The notes under the pieces were generated by a model that was not told the DNA's origin, ran no database searches, and saw nothing but the letters and a program-made list of their open reading frames with translations. A DNA stretch of 51,616 bases from an uncultured bacterium. Its GTDB lineage: Bacteria > Desulfobacterota > Dissulfuribacteria > Dissulfuribacterales > UBA3076. Below, piece after piece: positions 1-10,097 of the stretch (its first letter is position 1; the number at the start of each line of letters is the position of its first letter). The stretch spans positions 1 to 51,616 of the forward strand of contig CBETWD010000001.1 of NCBI GenBank assembly GCA_965539945.1, given 5' to 3'. The position numbers were made by a program, and so were the translations under genes.

Positions 1-29
1 ATTAAGAAATCCTGTTGATCCTGTCAGAG

Positions 30-53
30 AAGTCCGCCCGAAGGGCGCTAAGT
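30..53. repeat. Short GC hairpin motif (AAGTCCGCCCGAAGGGCGCTAAGT); related copy in opposite orientation at 27174-27199
   Basis: Stem CGCCC/GGGCG with a 3-nt loop. The reverse complement nearly matches ACTTAGCGCCCTCCGGGCGGACTT at 27174-27199. Flanking GCAGAT motifs are shared. Confidence 0.5.
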
Positions 54-89
54 CCTATCTGTATATATCTGCAAAAATCTGCGTTCTAT

Positions 90-2039
90 TTAACTTAAGA
101 GGTCTTTCACCTTTTTGGCAAGGCTTTCGGCATCAAGGCCCTGAACGCGATACAGGTCATCCGGCTTGCCTGAAGAACCATAGTGTGTTACTCCCAGAGT
201 GAGGAGCTGCTGGTGTGCGCCTGCCCTTACAAGTACCTGCGCCACCATGGCCCCCAGGCCTGTGTGGACCACATGGTCTTCAACCGTTATGAGGGGGCCT
301 TTCTTGGCTGCCTCAAGTATTGATTCTTTGTCTATGGGCTTGAGTGAGGCCATGTTGAGCACACCTGTTGACAGGCCCTCTGAGTCAAGAATTGACCATG
401 CTTCAAGAACATGGGATGTGGCTGAGCCATAGGTAAGAAAAGTGGCCTTATCTCCCTGTCTCAACCAGTCTGCCTGCCCGGGCCGAAACACATAGTCTGC
501 ATCGAAAAATGGTTTTCCATTCTCTGTGGTAATAGTTGACAACTTGGACCTTCCCATACCCACAAAGACATTGCCCGGATTGGTGGCCACATAACGGACT
601 ATCCTGTCAGTTTGATTGGGATCTGCCGGCATGAATATGGAGAAACCAAAGAGGTTGTTGAAAAGTCCTACATAGTCAAGACTCTGATGGGTCGGGCCAT
701 CTTCTCCCACGTCCAGTCCTACGTGAGTAGACACAATTTTGAGGTGGGTTTCATTAAGGTCATTTAAGCGGTGCTGGTTGTAAGTCTCTGCCGCGGTAAA
801 GACCCCAAAGGTGCTGAAAAAGGTGGCCAATCCTTCTCTGCTTACTGCTCCGGCACAGGTAGCTGTGTGGTGCTCTTGTATGCCTGTCTCTATGAAGGCG
901 GTGGGGGAAACATTGCGAAACCCCTGCATCTTTACTGATCCTTCCAGGTCACAGCTGAATCCTACGATCTTTGGGGCAGAATCCTGAACATTATTTCTTT
1001 GAGCCAGATCCTTTAATGCTGCGCCGTATGCAGAGCGGCAGTCTGTTTTGGTCTCAACGCCGTAAACAATGGGTTCTCCAGAGTCAATAGACGGGAAGTC
1101 TGCCTCTGGTATTTTGCAGGGTCCCTTTATTTTGTGTTCAGCCCTGTTTTTTGACCACAGCTCAAGTAGGTCCTGATCTTGTCCCAGTTCTTTTAAAGCC
1201 TTCTGAGCATCATCTCTTGGCAGCGGAGATCCATGATACTTTGCCTTGTCTTCCATAAAAGAGATGCCTTTTCCCATGACGGTACGCATGACCATAACCG
1301 TGGGGCGGTCGGGCGCAAGGCCGTCATGTACCCATGCCCTTTTCAGTGCATGGAATATGGTCTGGAAATCATGCCCGTCCGGTACATATAATACATTCCA
1401 GCCTGCGGCAGCATATTCATCCCTTACATGGACCGGCATGACATCTTCAGTGGAACCTCCAATCTGGAGGTGGTTTCTGTCGACTACACCAATCAGGTTT
1501 CCTTGCTTGAATTTTGTTGCAAAACGTCTGGCTTCAGCTATCTGTCCCTTCTGCTGTTCTCCGTCGCCCATGAGGACGATTGTTTTGCCCGGTCGATCAA
1601 GGAGATTCTGGGCAAGACATATGCCTGTACCTACTGAAAGTCCCTGGCCAAGATTTCCGGTATTCCACTCAATCCCCGGCATGGTTTGTTCTACATGGCC
1701 GGCACAGGGTGAACCTGCACGACGAAACTCGGTAAGGAAATCTTCCTCTGAGAAATAACCAAATTCAGCGAGTACGCTGTAGACGCACGGAGAGATATGT
1801 CCGATGCTCACGACTACGCGGTCACGGTCCGGCCGGCGGGGTTCTGCCGGACGATGTTTGATTATGCTGTAGAGGACAAGCAGGGTGTGCAGGGAAGAAA
1901 GAGAGCCACCGGGATGACCACTTTTTGCAAGGGTAGTGGAAAGGATAATGCGCGTGGCACATCTGTTCCACATGGTCTGTAGCTCAGAGATCTGTTCCTG
2001 TGTAAGTTCGTTTTGTTTTTCTATATCTATGTGAAGCAT
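90..2039 (-). CDS. tkt: Transketolase
   Basis: 649-aa ORF. It has a GHPGGSLS thiamine-diphosphate motif, a GDGEQQKG motif, and a C-terminal transketolase pyrimidine-binding/C-terminal domain-like sequence. Confidence 0.85.
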   Translation of the reverse strand: MLHIDIEKQNELTQEQISELQTMWNRCATRIILSTTLAKSGHPGGSLSSLHTLLVLYSIIKHRPAEPRRPDRDRVVVSIGHISPCVYSVLAEFGYFSEEDFLTEFRRAGSPCAGHVEQTMPGIEWNTGNLGQGLSVGTGICLAQNLLDRPGKTIVLMGDGEQQKGQIAEARRFATKFKQGNLIGVVDRNHLQIGGSTEDVMPVHVRDEYAAAGWNVLYVPDGHDFQTIFHALKRAWVHDGLAPDRPTVMVMRTVMGKGISFMEDKAKYHGSPLPRDDAQKALKELGQDQDLLELWSKNRAEHKIKGPCKIPEADFPSIDSGEPIVYGVETKTDCRSAYGAALKDLAQRNNVQDSAPKIVGFSCDLEGSVKMQGFRNVSPTAFIETGIQEHHTATCAGAVSREGLATFFSTFGVFTAAETYNQHRLNDLNETHLKIVSTHVGLDVGEDGPTHQSLDYVGLFNNLFGFSIFMPADPNQTDRIVRYVATNPGNVFVGMGRSKLSTITTENGKPFFDADYVFRPGQADWLRQGDKATFLTYGSATSHVLEAWSILDSEGLSTGVLNMASLKPIDKESILEAAKKGPLITVEDHVVHTGLGAMVAQVLVRAGAHQQLLTLGVTHYGSSGKPDDLYRVQGLDAESLAKKVKDLLS

Positions 2040-2047
2040 AGGCCAAT

Positions 2048-2096
2048 TCAGGGTTCAAGGTTCAGGGTTCAAGGTTCAGGGTTCAGGGTTCAGGGT
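2048..2096. repeat. Heptamer tandem repeat (GGTTCAG/GGTTCAA, about 7 units), family A
   Basis: The 7-nt period is directly visible. It fills the tkt-skp intergenic gap in the stop-containing orientation relative to these minus-strand genes. Confidence 0.9.
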
Positions 2097-2660
2097 TTAT
2101 TTCTTATCCTTTTTGCCCTTGGATTTCATCTCGTTATCGTAGGCTTTTATGACCTCGTCCGTGATGTCGACATTAGAGGCATTAAAATATATACCAGGCA
2201 TATTTTTTTCCAGAATGAGCGTGTATCCACCTTCGTCACCAATACGGGTCACAACTTTTTCAAGTTCCTTGAGTACCGGCTCCATACTTTTGGATTCTGC
2301 CTGGCGCATTTCAAACTGGGCATCATCGCTTTGATCTTTAAAATCCCGAAGGGCCTTCTTATATTCGCGTTCTTTTTCTGCCTTGGCATCCTCATTCATC
2401 AAAGGGCCTTTTTTCCCAAGGTCTTCTTTAAAGGCCTTTAACTCATCTTGTTTAGTCCTGAGTTTTTTCTGTAGGCTTTCAAATTTTTTATTGAGCTTCT
2501 CCATGGCCTTTTGGCCGGCTACGGATTTTCGTACCACTTTTTGCATATTGATAACAGCTATCTTTGCCTGTGTGGTTTCTTCAGCAGTTACACTACAGCA
2601 CAGGACCGTGGTCCACAGAAAAATCAGCAGCACAGGTATTAAGCTTAGGCGACCTTTCAT
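2097..2660 (-). CDS. skp: Periplasmic chaperone Skp (OmpH family)
   Basis: 187 aa with a signal peptide. Lys/Glu-rich coiled-coil core and the size typical of OmpH/Skp. Confidence 0.8.
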   Translation of the reverse strand: MKGRLSLIPVLLIFLWTTVLCCSVTAEETTQAKIAVINMQKVVRKSVAGQKAMEKLNKKFESLQKKLRTKQDELKAFKEDLGKKGPLMNEDAKAEKEREYKKALRDFKDQSDDAQFEMRQAESKSMEPVLKELEKVVTRIGDEGGYTLILEKNMPGIYFNASNVDITDEVIKAYDNEMKSKGKKDKK

Positions 2661-2829
2661 AAGGCAATCACTACCTCCTGAGCCTTTTCATAACTCCCAT
2701 GTCCTGTCATACGGCTTTGTACACTAAGATTAGGGGTTTTTATAAAAGACACTTTTTGCAAAATAATGACCACGGCGTCGCTATGCAACGCGTGGTCATA
2801 GTTTTCTGGGATGATCAAAACCTTTTAGA

Positions 2830-3429
2830 TTACTTTATGACAACAAAGTCATCTCTACGATTTTTTGCCCATGCGTCCTCGTTTTGTTCCTGATCCAGGG
2901 GCCGTTCCTCACCAAAGCTCACAGTTCCTACACGATCCGGGTTTATACCCAGATTAACAAGATATGCCTGGGCGCCTTTTGCCCTTTTTTCCCCAAGGGC
3001 CAAGTTATACTCATTGGTACCGCGCTCATCACAGTTACCCTGGATTTCGATCATGACCTCCGGATGATCAAGCAGGAACAAAGCATTCTCTTCCATTACG
3101 GGTTTTATGTCGTCCCGGATGTTGAAACAGTCAAAGTCAAAGTATATTGGGTGCATGGGGGCGCTGGTTCTGCCCTCAGAGATAGTCTCTCCAAAGTCCA
3201 CAGCAGTGTCCATAGCTTCGCCTGGGATTTCCGTCTCACCCATACCAACTTCAGCAATGCCGGGCATTCCTTCAGGCCCTACTGCCGATTCCCCGATCTG
3301 CTCAGAGGGAAGTGCTTCTCCTTCTCCGCCCCTCACTGGTTTTTTACCACACCCGGCAAGAAGTCCCAGACTAAATATCGAAATCAATACCAACAAACAA
3401 ATTTTTACTCCCATATTTTCCCAATACAT
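2830..3429 (-). CDS. pal: Peptidoglycan-associated lipoprotein Pal (OmpA-like domain)
   Basis: Lipobox LLAGC. OmpA C-terminal motif NCDERGTNEYNLALGEKRA. I chose the start at 3429 (ATG preceded by GGGAGG); the ORF track extends to 3465. Confidence 0.8.
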   Translation of the reverse strand: MYWENMGVKICLLVLISIFSLGLLAGCGKKPVRGGEGEALPSEQIGESAVGPEGMPGIAEVGMGETEIPGEAMDTAVDFGETISEGRTSAPMHPIYFDFDCFNIRDDIKPVMEENALFLLDHPEVMIEIQGNCDERGTNEYNLALGEKRAKGAQAYLVNLGINPDRVGTVSFGEERPLDQEQNEDAWAKNRRDDFVVIK

Positions 3430-3587
3430 AAATACCTCCCGCAAAATGATTTTTAGCCGCACCACGCAACTATAATAGAATTACACTGAAAATCCACAGA
3501 TTGTGCTCCACTTTAGCAGAGGAGAAACAAAATTCAACCTGTTTTATTTACCAAATCCCTCAATTCCTCAATTTAGCCTTTTGAAAA

Positions 3588-3615
3588 CTTTAGTTCACTT
3601 AAGGCACTATTCCGG
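3588..3615. repeat. Family H motif (CTTTAGTTCACTTAAGGCACTATTCCGG); inverted copy at 35486-35522
   Basis: The reverse complement matches CCGGAATAGTGCCTAAAGTGAACTAAAG at 35486. It is followed by a small CCGG-CTTGT-CCGG hairpin. Confidence 0.6.
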
Positions 3616-3634
3616 CTTGTCCGGGTTAGGTATT

Positions 3635-5422
3635 TCAAGGAAGATAGGCCAACTTGGTGCCACTGATATATGATTTAATACCGTTTACAATTCCCTCGGC
3701 CACACGGTCCAGATAGCGGTCACTCTTGAGGCGTCCTTCCTCTTTCCTGTTACTGATAAATGATACCTCAACAAGAACAGAAGGCATCCTTGCACCTATC
3801 AGGACAAAAAATGGGGCCTGTTTGACTCCTTTACTTTTTACATTGCTATATTTTTTTCTGAGGTTTTTTACAACTTCCCTCTGCACATAACCTGCCAGGC
3901 GTGAGGACTCATCGACCTTGGTGTTTTTCATTATGTCGTTGAGGATGTTCTTGAGATCCCCTATGCTTTTAGTAGATGTAGCATTTTCTCTGGCTGCCAC
4001 CCTCATGGCCTCTTTATCCAGGGCAAAGTTTAAAAAGTAGGTCTCAACTCCACTAGCTCTCCTGTTGGGAGCTGCATTTGCGTGAATAGACACAAAGAGA
4101 TCGGCCTTTTTGGCGTTTGCAATGGCAGTCCTTTGTGTAAGTGGCAGAAACCGATCTTTCTTTCTGGTCAGGATAACCTGACAGCCAAGGTCTTTTTTAA
4201 GTCGTGAAGCCACTTTTTTCGAAATCTTGAGCACAACGTCTTTTTCCCTCAGGCCGGTAGGTCCGATAGCCCCCGGATCCTTTCCGCCATGGCCTGCATC
4301 TATCACCACTCGTTTTACGCAGAGGCCTAGCTGTTGTGTGAGAGAAAGGTCATCACCTTTTAATTTGCCCCTGGTCTTTTTATATATTTTTGAGGACCGG
4401 GGAGGACAGGAAGGCCCCTGGAAGTAGCTCTCTCCAAAGGCGTCCACAACCACCCTGAAGGGGTCCTCAAGATAAAAGATTTTGGTCTTATGGGTCTTTC
4501 TGAGGTCCAACACCACCCGGACTGTACTATGGTTGAACTGGGCTACCCTCACTCCTTTAAGTAGCCCGTCCTGTATAGAGATGTTGCCTTTAAGTTTTTT
4601 CCCTATACGGGCCGGCTTAAGGTCTAAATAAACACGTTCCGGAAGATGCTTGGCCTTATTGGCAGGAAGATATCCTTTCTTAAAGGATACAGGGCCTGCC
4701 GTGTCAATTACTACCCTGGTGTAGTCTGAAGCGGACCAGTGCCTCACATCCCGCACAGCGGCAGGTTTTGCACCTGGAGCAATTCTCGGGCTGGAGAGCC
4801 CGGCGGGTCCTTTTTCCTTCTCATAATGTGTTGTCTGCTTTAAAGATTTTGTTTTCTGCCGTTGCTTAGGACCTAATGTTTTCAGCTTGTTTCTGGCATT
4901 CCTGGCCTTGTCTCTTCTCGGGTAATCTTCAACTATCTTTTCCCAGGCCTCTCGGGCCTTTCCGGTATTTCCAGTACGCTTGTAAAGCTCGCCAAGGGCG
5001 TAGAGGGTGTCATCTGCCAGGCGGCTTTTAGGGAATCTTTCTACCAGGACCTGATATCGCTCGATGGCCTCCCTGATGTCCTTCCCGGCCCCTGAATATC
5101 CATATAATTCACTATAGCAACGGGCCATCATGAAGAGGGCTTTGGGGGCAACCTTCTTATCATTGTGATAGGTGAGATAGACTTTCCTGAACTTCCTAAT
5201 TACCCGGACCCATGCTGTCCTGTGAGTGCGGAGCCGGGAATTCCCAGCAAGGCGATCGTATTCGGATTTGGCCTGACGATAGGTGTATTCAGCCCTGCTG
5301 GGCTTTGCGTTGGCAGAGTCCAGGGCAATCAGCAAGAATGTCCCTGATAGGAAAACAATGATAAACAGGGATAGAAAAAACCGTAGCCGGACGCAGTTAT
5401 GCTCAGATAATAACAGGCTCAT
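3635..5422 (-). CDS. N-acetylmuramoyl-L-alanine amidase (Amidase_3, AmiC-like) with N-terminal TPR (CpoB/YbgF-like) and AMIN-like region
   Basis: 595 aa with a signal anchor. TPR-like repeats (ALFMMARCY.., YALGELYKRTGNTGKAREAW). Amidase_3 motifs VVIDAGHGGKDPGA and FVSIHANA. Confidence 0.8.
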   Translation of the reverse strand: MSLLLSEHNCVRLRFFLSLFIIVFLSGTFLLIALDSANAKPSRAEYTYRQAKSEYDRLAGNSRLRTHRTAWVRVIRKFRKVYLTYHNDKKVAPKALFMMARCYSELYGYSGAGKDIREAIERYQVLVERFPKSRLADDTLYALGELYKRTGNTGKAREAWEKIVEDYPRRDKARNARNKLKTLGPKQRQKTKSLKQTTHYEKEKGPAGLSSPRIAPGAKPAAVRDVRHWSASDYTRVVIDTAGPVSFKKGYLPANKAKHLPERVYLDLKPARIGKKLKGNISIQDGLLKGVRVAQFNHSTVRVVLDLRKTHKTKIFYLEDPFRVVVDAFGESYFQGPSCPPRSSKIYKKTRGKLKGDDLSLTQQLGLCVKRVVIDAGHGGKDPGAIGPTGLREKDVVLKISKKVASRLKKDLGCQVILTRKKDRFLPLTQRTAIANAKKADLFVSIHANAAPNRRASGVETYFLNFALDKEAMRVAARENATSTKSIGDLKNILNDIMKNTKVDESSRLAGYVQREVVKNLRKKYSNVKSKGVKQAPFFVLIGARMPSVLVEVSFISNRKEEGRLKSDRYLDRVAEGIVNGIKSYISGTKLAYLP

Positions 5423-5462
5423 GGTTTTAAGAATCCGCGCTCTTTTGTGTCTATCTGAGGTT

Positions 5463-8165
5463 TCATGTTGCCTTTTTGTTTTTTTCTGCCATGGATTTGA
5501 GTTCTGTTAAGTAGTTAATGGCTTCAAGAGGTGTCATATTATTGATGTCGGCGGAGAGTACCTTTTTTCTGAGTTCAGCTCCCTGATCAATTACAAGTGG
5601 TAGTGGCATCTGGGCCGGATGCTGCTGCTTAGGCCTCATTTTACGTACAGGACCGGCAGTAATTCCCTTTTTGTCCTTAGAGGTCTTGTTCTCAATACTT
5701 TTCAGGATCTCCTTGGCCTTTTTGGTTACTGACTCAGGCACACCGGCCAGGGCGGCAACCTGGATTCCGTAACTGCGACTGGTGGACCCATCTACCAGCC
5801 GTCGCAAAAAGACTATCTGATCCTCCCACTCTTTAACAGCTATATGCATGTTGCGCACCCTGTTGTGCTTTTTTGCCAGGTCTGTCAGCTCATGATAATG
5901 AGTGGCAAAGAGAGTTTTTACTCCTTTTTTGTCTTTGTACAATAAATTTTCCGCCACTGCCCATGCGATGGCAAGGCCATCGTAGGTGCTTGTCCCCCGG
6001 CCTATCTCGTCCAGGATTACAAGGCTTTGGCTCGTGGCGTTATGCAGGATATTTGCTGTCTCATTCATTTCTACCATGAACGTACTCTGGCCACGGGTCA
6101 AGTAGTCTGTGGCACCTACACGTGTGAATATCCGGTCCACTACACCTATCTGTGCCTCCTCTGCCGGGACAAAGCTGCCCATCTGAGCCATAAGGACGAT
6201 AAGGGCGGTCTGCCTGAGGACTGTGGATTTACCAGCCATGTTCGGCCCGGTTATAATCAGGAGCTGAGAATTGCGGTGGTTCAGCTCTACGTCGTTTGGA
6301 ACAAAACCTTCCTTCAGGGTATATTCTATAACTGGATGTCTGCCTTGGCGTATAAGTATTCTCCTGTCGTGATCCAGCTTTGGTCTCACGTAGTTATAGC
6401 GTTCAGCTGCCTCTGCAAGGGAAGACAGGCAGTCTGTCCTTGCCAGTGCAGCAGCAGTCTTCTGTAGGCGAGTTCCTGCCTCAGCTACTTGAAGCCGGAT
6501 CTCCAGGAACAGCTCGAATTCAATGGCCAGCCTCTGGTCCTGGGCAGTGAGGATCTTTGATTCTATCTCCTTTAGTTCCGGAGTAATATAGCGTTCTGCC
6601 GCCACAAGGGTCTGCTTCCTGATGTAATCATCAGGGACAGTGTCGGCCCGGGCCTTTGAAATCTCAAGGTAATAACCAAAGACCTTGTTAAATCCAACCT
6701 TGAGAGATGAGATGCTGGTCCTCTCCCGTTCTTTGGCTTCCAACCCGGCGATAAAAGACCTGCCATCTCTCTGGATATGAATAAGTTCATCAAGTTCTTT
6801 GTTGAATCCTTCCTTGATGAGCCTGCCCTCTCTGAGAAGTACAGGGCAGTCATCTCTTATGGAACGGTTTATGATATCTGCTATGTCCTGCAAGGGATCC
6901 AGAGCCATGTGAATTTCAGTCAAATCCCCTTTTTTGTCTTTTTTAAAAGAGGGATTTTGCAAGAGATGCTCAAGAGAGTTTTTTATCCCCGGTATTCGAG
7001 TAATAGATTGCTTGAGGGCCAGGAGGTCTCTCCCATTTGCAGTGCCGAGGACTGTCCTGGCCACAAGTCGCTCAATGTCATAAACCCGGCGCATCTCCTT
7101 TCTTAAATTTTCTCGAACCGAAGGATTTTTTTTGAGTATTTCCACGGCAGACAGCCTGCCTTGTATTTCAGCAATATCTCTTGAGGGATACAGAATCCAT
7201 TTCTTGAGAAGACGCCCTCCCATGGGAGTTACAGTAAGGTCCAGAACGTCCAGCAGAGTACCTTGGCGGCCACGGTCCAAAGAATTTGAAAGTAGCTCCA
7301 GGTTTCGTTTTGTGGCCTCATCTATGATGAGGTGATCGCTCAGGCGATAAGGTTTTAGATGGTTTATATGAGATGCCTCGCCCTTTTGGGTCTCAGAAGC
7401 ATACGATAGAAGCGCCCCTGCCGCCCCGATGCCGGAACTAAGCCCTGCCAGCCCGAAACCATCCAGGGAAAGGATACTGAAATGCTCCTGAAGGTCTGTT
7501 TTAGCCCTGTCATACTGCCACCATACGTCCGGCCTGAAGCTCAGAAAGGTCCCCGGGATGGCCTGTTTTACCCGGACAACAAGTTGTCCTTCCTGCCGGC
7601 TCTCCGGCAAGAGGACTTCCGCAGGCTCCAGACGGAAGAGTTCTGTAAGGGCTTCTTCTTCCCTTGTAAGTTCGGTTACCCTGAATTCTCCTGTTGAGAT
7701 GTCAAGACAGGAAAGTCCCCACGGGTCTTTGGTGCTTCCGGGATTTATAGAAATCAGGAAGTTGTTGGTTTTGGCTCCTATGCTCCCTTCCGTGGTGATA
7801 AGTCCGGGAGTCATCACCCGGATCACTTCTCTTTTGACTAAGCCTTTGGCCTTTTTGGGGTCTTCCACCTGCTCACATATTGCCACCCGGTGCCCGGACT
7901 GCACGAGCCTGGTCAGATAGTTCTCAGCCGCATGTACCGGGACACCACACATTGGAATTTTTTCCTCTTTGTGTTTGTTCCTGGATGTAAGTGTGATTTC
8001 CAGAATGCGGGAGGCTATCTTGGCATCATCCAGGAACATTTCGTAAAAATCTCCCATGCGAAAAAATAAAATTGCGTCAGGATACTGGGACTTAATGCCC
8101 CTGTATTGTTGCAACATAGGGGTGATATTTTTTGTTTTATCTTTTATGTTCTGGTTTTGTGCCAT
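5463..8165 (-). CDS. mutS: DNA mismatch repair protein MutS
   Basis: 900 aa. N-terminal TPMLQQY..FFRMGDFYEMF, Walker A GPNMAGKST, and the ATPase region ILDEIGRGTSTYDG. Confidence 0.95.
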   Translation of the reverse strand: MAQNQNIKDKTKNITPMLQQYRGIKSQYPDAILFFRMGDFYEMFLDDAKIASRILEITLTSRNKHKEEKIPMCGVPVHAAENYLTRLVQSGHRVAICEQVEDPKKAKGLVKREVIRVMTPGLITTEGSIGAKTNNFLISINPGSTKDPWGLSCLDISTGEFRVTELTREEEALTELFRLEPAEVLLPESRQEGQLVVRVKQAIPGTFLSFRPDVWWQYDRAKTDLQEHFSILSLDGFGLAGLSSGIGAAGALLSYASETQKGEASHINHLKPYRLSDHLIIDEATKRNLELLSNSLDRGRQGTLLDVLDLTVTPMGGRLLKKWILYPSRDIAEIQGRLSAVEILKKNPSVRENLRKEMRRVYDIERLVARTVLGTANGRDLLALKQSITRIPGIKNSLEHLLQNPSFKKDKKGDLTEIHMALDPLQDIADIINRSIRDDCPVLLREGRLIKEGFNKELDELIHIQRDGRSFIAGLEAKERERTSISSLKVGFNKVFGYYLEISKARADTVPDDYIRKQTLVAAERYITPELKEIESKILTAQDQRLAIEFELFLEIRLQVAEAGTRLQKTAAALARTDCLSSLAEAAERYNYVRPKLDHDRRILIRQGRHPVIEYTLKEGFVPNDVELNHRNSQLLIITGPNMAGKSTVLRQTALIVLMAQMGSFVPAEEAQIGVVDRIFTRVGATDYLTRGQSTFMVEMNETANILHNATSQSLVILDEIGRGTSTYDGLAIAWAVAENLLYKDKKGVKTLFATHYHELTDLAKKHNRVRNMHIAVKEWEDQIVFLRRLVDGSTSRSYGIQVAALAGVPESVTKKAKEILKSIENKTSKDKKGITAGPVRKMRPKQQHPAQMPLPLVIDQGAELRKKVLSADINNMTPLEAINYLTELKSMAEKNKKAT

Positions 8166-8238
8166 TACGTGAGCATAGCCCTTTATTATTTTCTATGTTA
8201 TTTCCTTATTCAAGATTAGGAAAGGGGGTTTTTTATAG

Positions 8239-9249
8239 GTGGAAGCATCTCATGAGAAGGTATTTGACCACAGATCTAAGATCAATGGCATTTTGGACTC
8301 CTTCAAACCGGATTTTGAAAAAATTGAGCAGGTGTTGAACAGGCATTTTGCCTCTCATATACCCTTTGTAAACGAAGTAAGCCAGTACATCATTTTTGCA
8401 GGAGGAAAACGTCTAAGACCATTACTTACCGTATGCGCGGCAAGATTATGCGGAAGAGACGATGATGCCGTGTTCGATCTTTCAGCAGTCCCGGAGTACC
8501 TCCATGCTGCCAGTCTTCTCCACGATGACGTAGTAGATGGAGGCGTGATGCGTCGCGGCAAGTCCCCTGCCTATAAAATCTGGGGGAATAAGGCCACTGT
8601 CCTGGTTGGGGATTTTCTTTATGCCAGGGCCATTGAGCTTGCCAGCCGGTTCGGGGATACCCGCATAGCAGAAGCCATTGCAGAGACAGTTGCCTTGATG
8701 TCCGAGGGTGAGATTATACAGCTTTTACAGGCAAAGACCCCGAGTTTTGACGAGGAGACCTATTTAGAAATCATTAACAGAAAGACTGCCTCGCTGATTT
8801 CATCATCATGTAAAATCGGGGCACTTCTTGCCGGTGCCGGAAAGTCCGAGGTGCAGGCCCTCAGCGACTACGGCCTCTATTTGGGCCAGGCATTTCAGAT
8901 GATTGACGACATCCTTGATTATACTGCAGATGCCGGTGAGTTGGGAAAGGCCATTGGGACAGACCTTGCAGAGGGGAAAATTACACTGCCCCTTGTTGTG
9001 GCCATTGAGAAGGCATCTTCCAAAGAAAAAGAGAGGTTATTACAGGTGCTCAGGGGTGGCAATCCCTCCGAGAAAGAACTTGTGTGGGTGAAGGATTTGC
9101 TGGTCAATACCGGGGGGTTGGATTATACGCGAAATCGGGCAAAAGCCTTGGTTGGTATGGCTTGTGAAGGTTTAGAGACTTTTGCTCCATTAGAGACAAA
9201 GGACTTGCTCCATGGCCTTGCATGGTTTGTTTTAGAACGTCACAAGTGA
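8239..9249 (+). CDS. Long-chain polyprenyl diphosphate synthase (trans-IPPS family)
   Basis: 336 aa with a GTG start. Two aspartate-rich motifs: LLHDDVVDG and FQMIDDILDY. Confidence 0.85.
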   Translation: MEASHEKVFDHRSKINGILDSFKPDFEKIEQVLNRHFASHIPFVNEVSQYIIFAGGKRLRPLLTVCAARLCGRDDDAVFDLSAVPEYLHAASLLHDDVVDGGVMRRGKSPAYKIWGNKATVLVGDFLYARAIELASRFGDTRIAEAIAETVALMSEGEIIQLLQAKTPSFDEETYLEIINRKTASLISSSCKIGALLAGAGKSEVQALSDYGLYLGQAFQMIDDILDYTADAGELGKAIGTDLAEGKITLPLVVAIEKASSKEKERLLQVLRGGNPSEKELVWVKDLLVNTGGLDYTRNRAKALVGMACEGLETFAPLETKDLLHGLAWFVLERHK

Positions 9250-9259
9250 GGTTAAGACA

Positions 9260-9985
9260 GTGCTGAAATCGACTGGGATTTTTTCCAAGAGTGCATTAAA
9301 GAGTTTTATTCTCGCAGGAGGGGCAGGTGCTCTGGCAGCAGGGGCATATGAGATCTTTTGCCCCAGGGCCACCTTATGGGGCAGGGTACTAACCCATGGT
9401 TCCAGAAATGTACCTGCAATAAGTCTTGTGTTCGACCAAAGTCCAAACCCGTTAACAGAGCCCATTTGCAAACGACTGCATGAGCTTGAGATTCCAGCCA
9501 TATTTTTCATAGAAGGGAAGAGAGCCAGGAGTAACCCCAGGGCCATGCGCTCCCTGCAGTCCTTTGAGATAGGGATTCATGGAGAGACTTACAGCTCGCT
9601 TATTTTACAAAACAAAATAGAATTAAGGCACATGCTCAAGCCTTGCCTGACACTGGCAGGCGACATCCAGGGAAGGGACGCCTGCTTTCTTATGCCGCCT
9701 CATGGATGGAAGGACCTTCGACTGGTAAAGACGGCAAGAGAGCTGGGTCTTTTCGTGGTCAATCCATCCATTAAGCTCAGGTGGCGTGAGGGAGTCCTTT
9801 TGAATGCTTCAGTTGAGCGCATTTTGTCACATGTGGGTCCTGGTGACATAATTCTCGTGAAAAATGATCCTTTGAGATCGCCTCCTGAGCCCCTTTTTAT
9901 TGAACTGCTCACATTGCTGGTTATTGGGCTCAAAGATAAGGGTCTCAGGATATGGGGGCTAAGCCCTTTACTTCGTCGTCATTAA
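9260..9985 (+). CDS. NodB/polysaccharide-deacetylase-like protein with divergent metal/catalytic motifs
   Basis: 241 aa with an N-terminal hydrophobic segment. It has VFDQS where TFDDG is expected and HGETY where HxxxH is expected. The overall pattern (..ATFF-like IFFIEG..) resembles the NodB fold. Confidence 0.45.
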   Translation: MLKSTGIFSKSALKSFILAGGAGALAAGAYEIFCPRATLWGRVLTHGSRNVPAISLVFDQSPNPLTEPICKRLHELEIPAIFFIEGKRARSNPRAMRSLQSFEIGIHGETYSSLILQNKIELRHMLKPCLTLAGDIQGRDACFLMPPHGWKDLRLVKTARELGLFVVNPSIKLRWREGVLLNASVERILSHVGPGDIILVKNDPLRSPPEPLFIELLTLLVIGLKDKGLRIWGLSPLLRRH

Positions 9986-10050
9986 TGAGTTACTGAAATT
10001 CCATTACTATACGACATCTGCCTTTGAATCGGTCGCCTTTTTTACCTTCC

Positions 10051-10097
10051 TTTGACATTCTACGGTTCCTTGTTCGATATTCGACATTCGTTGTTCC
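10051..10097. repeat. Family C degenerate heptamer array (TTCGACA/TTCGATA/TTCNNNN), single arm
   Basis: TTTGACATTCTACGGTTCCTTGTTCGATATTCGACATTCGTTGTTCC has the same unit set as the arms of the 17051-17202 element. Confidence 0.7.
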
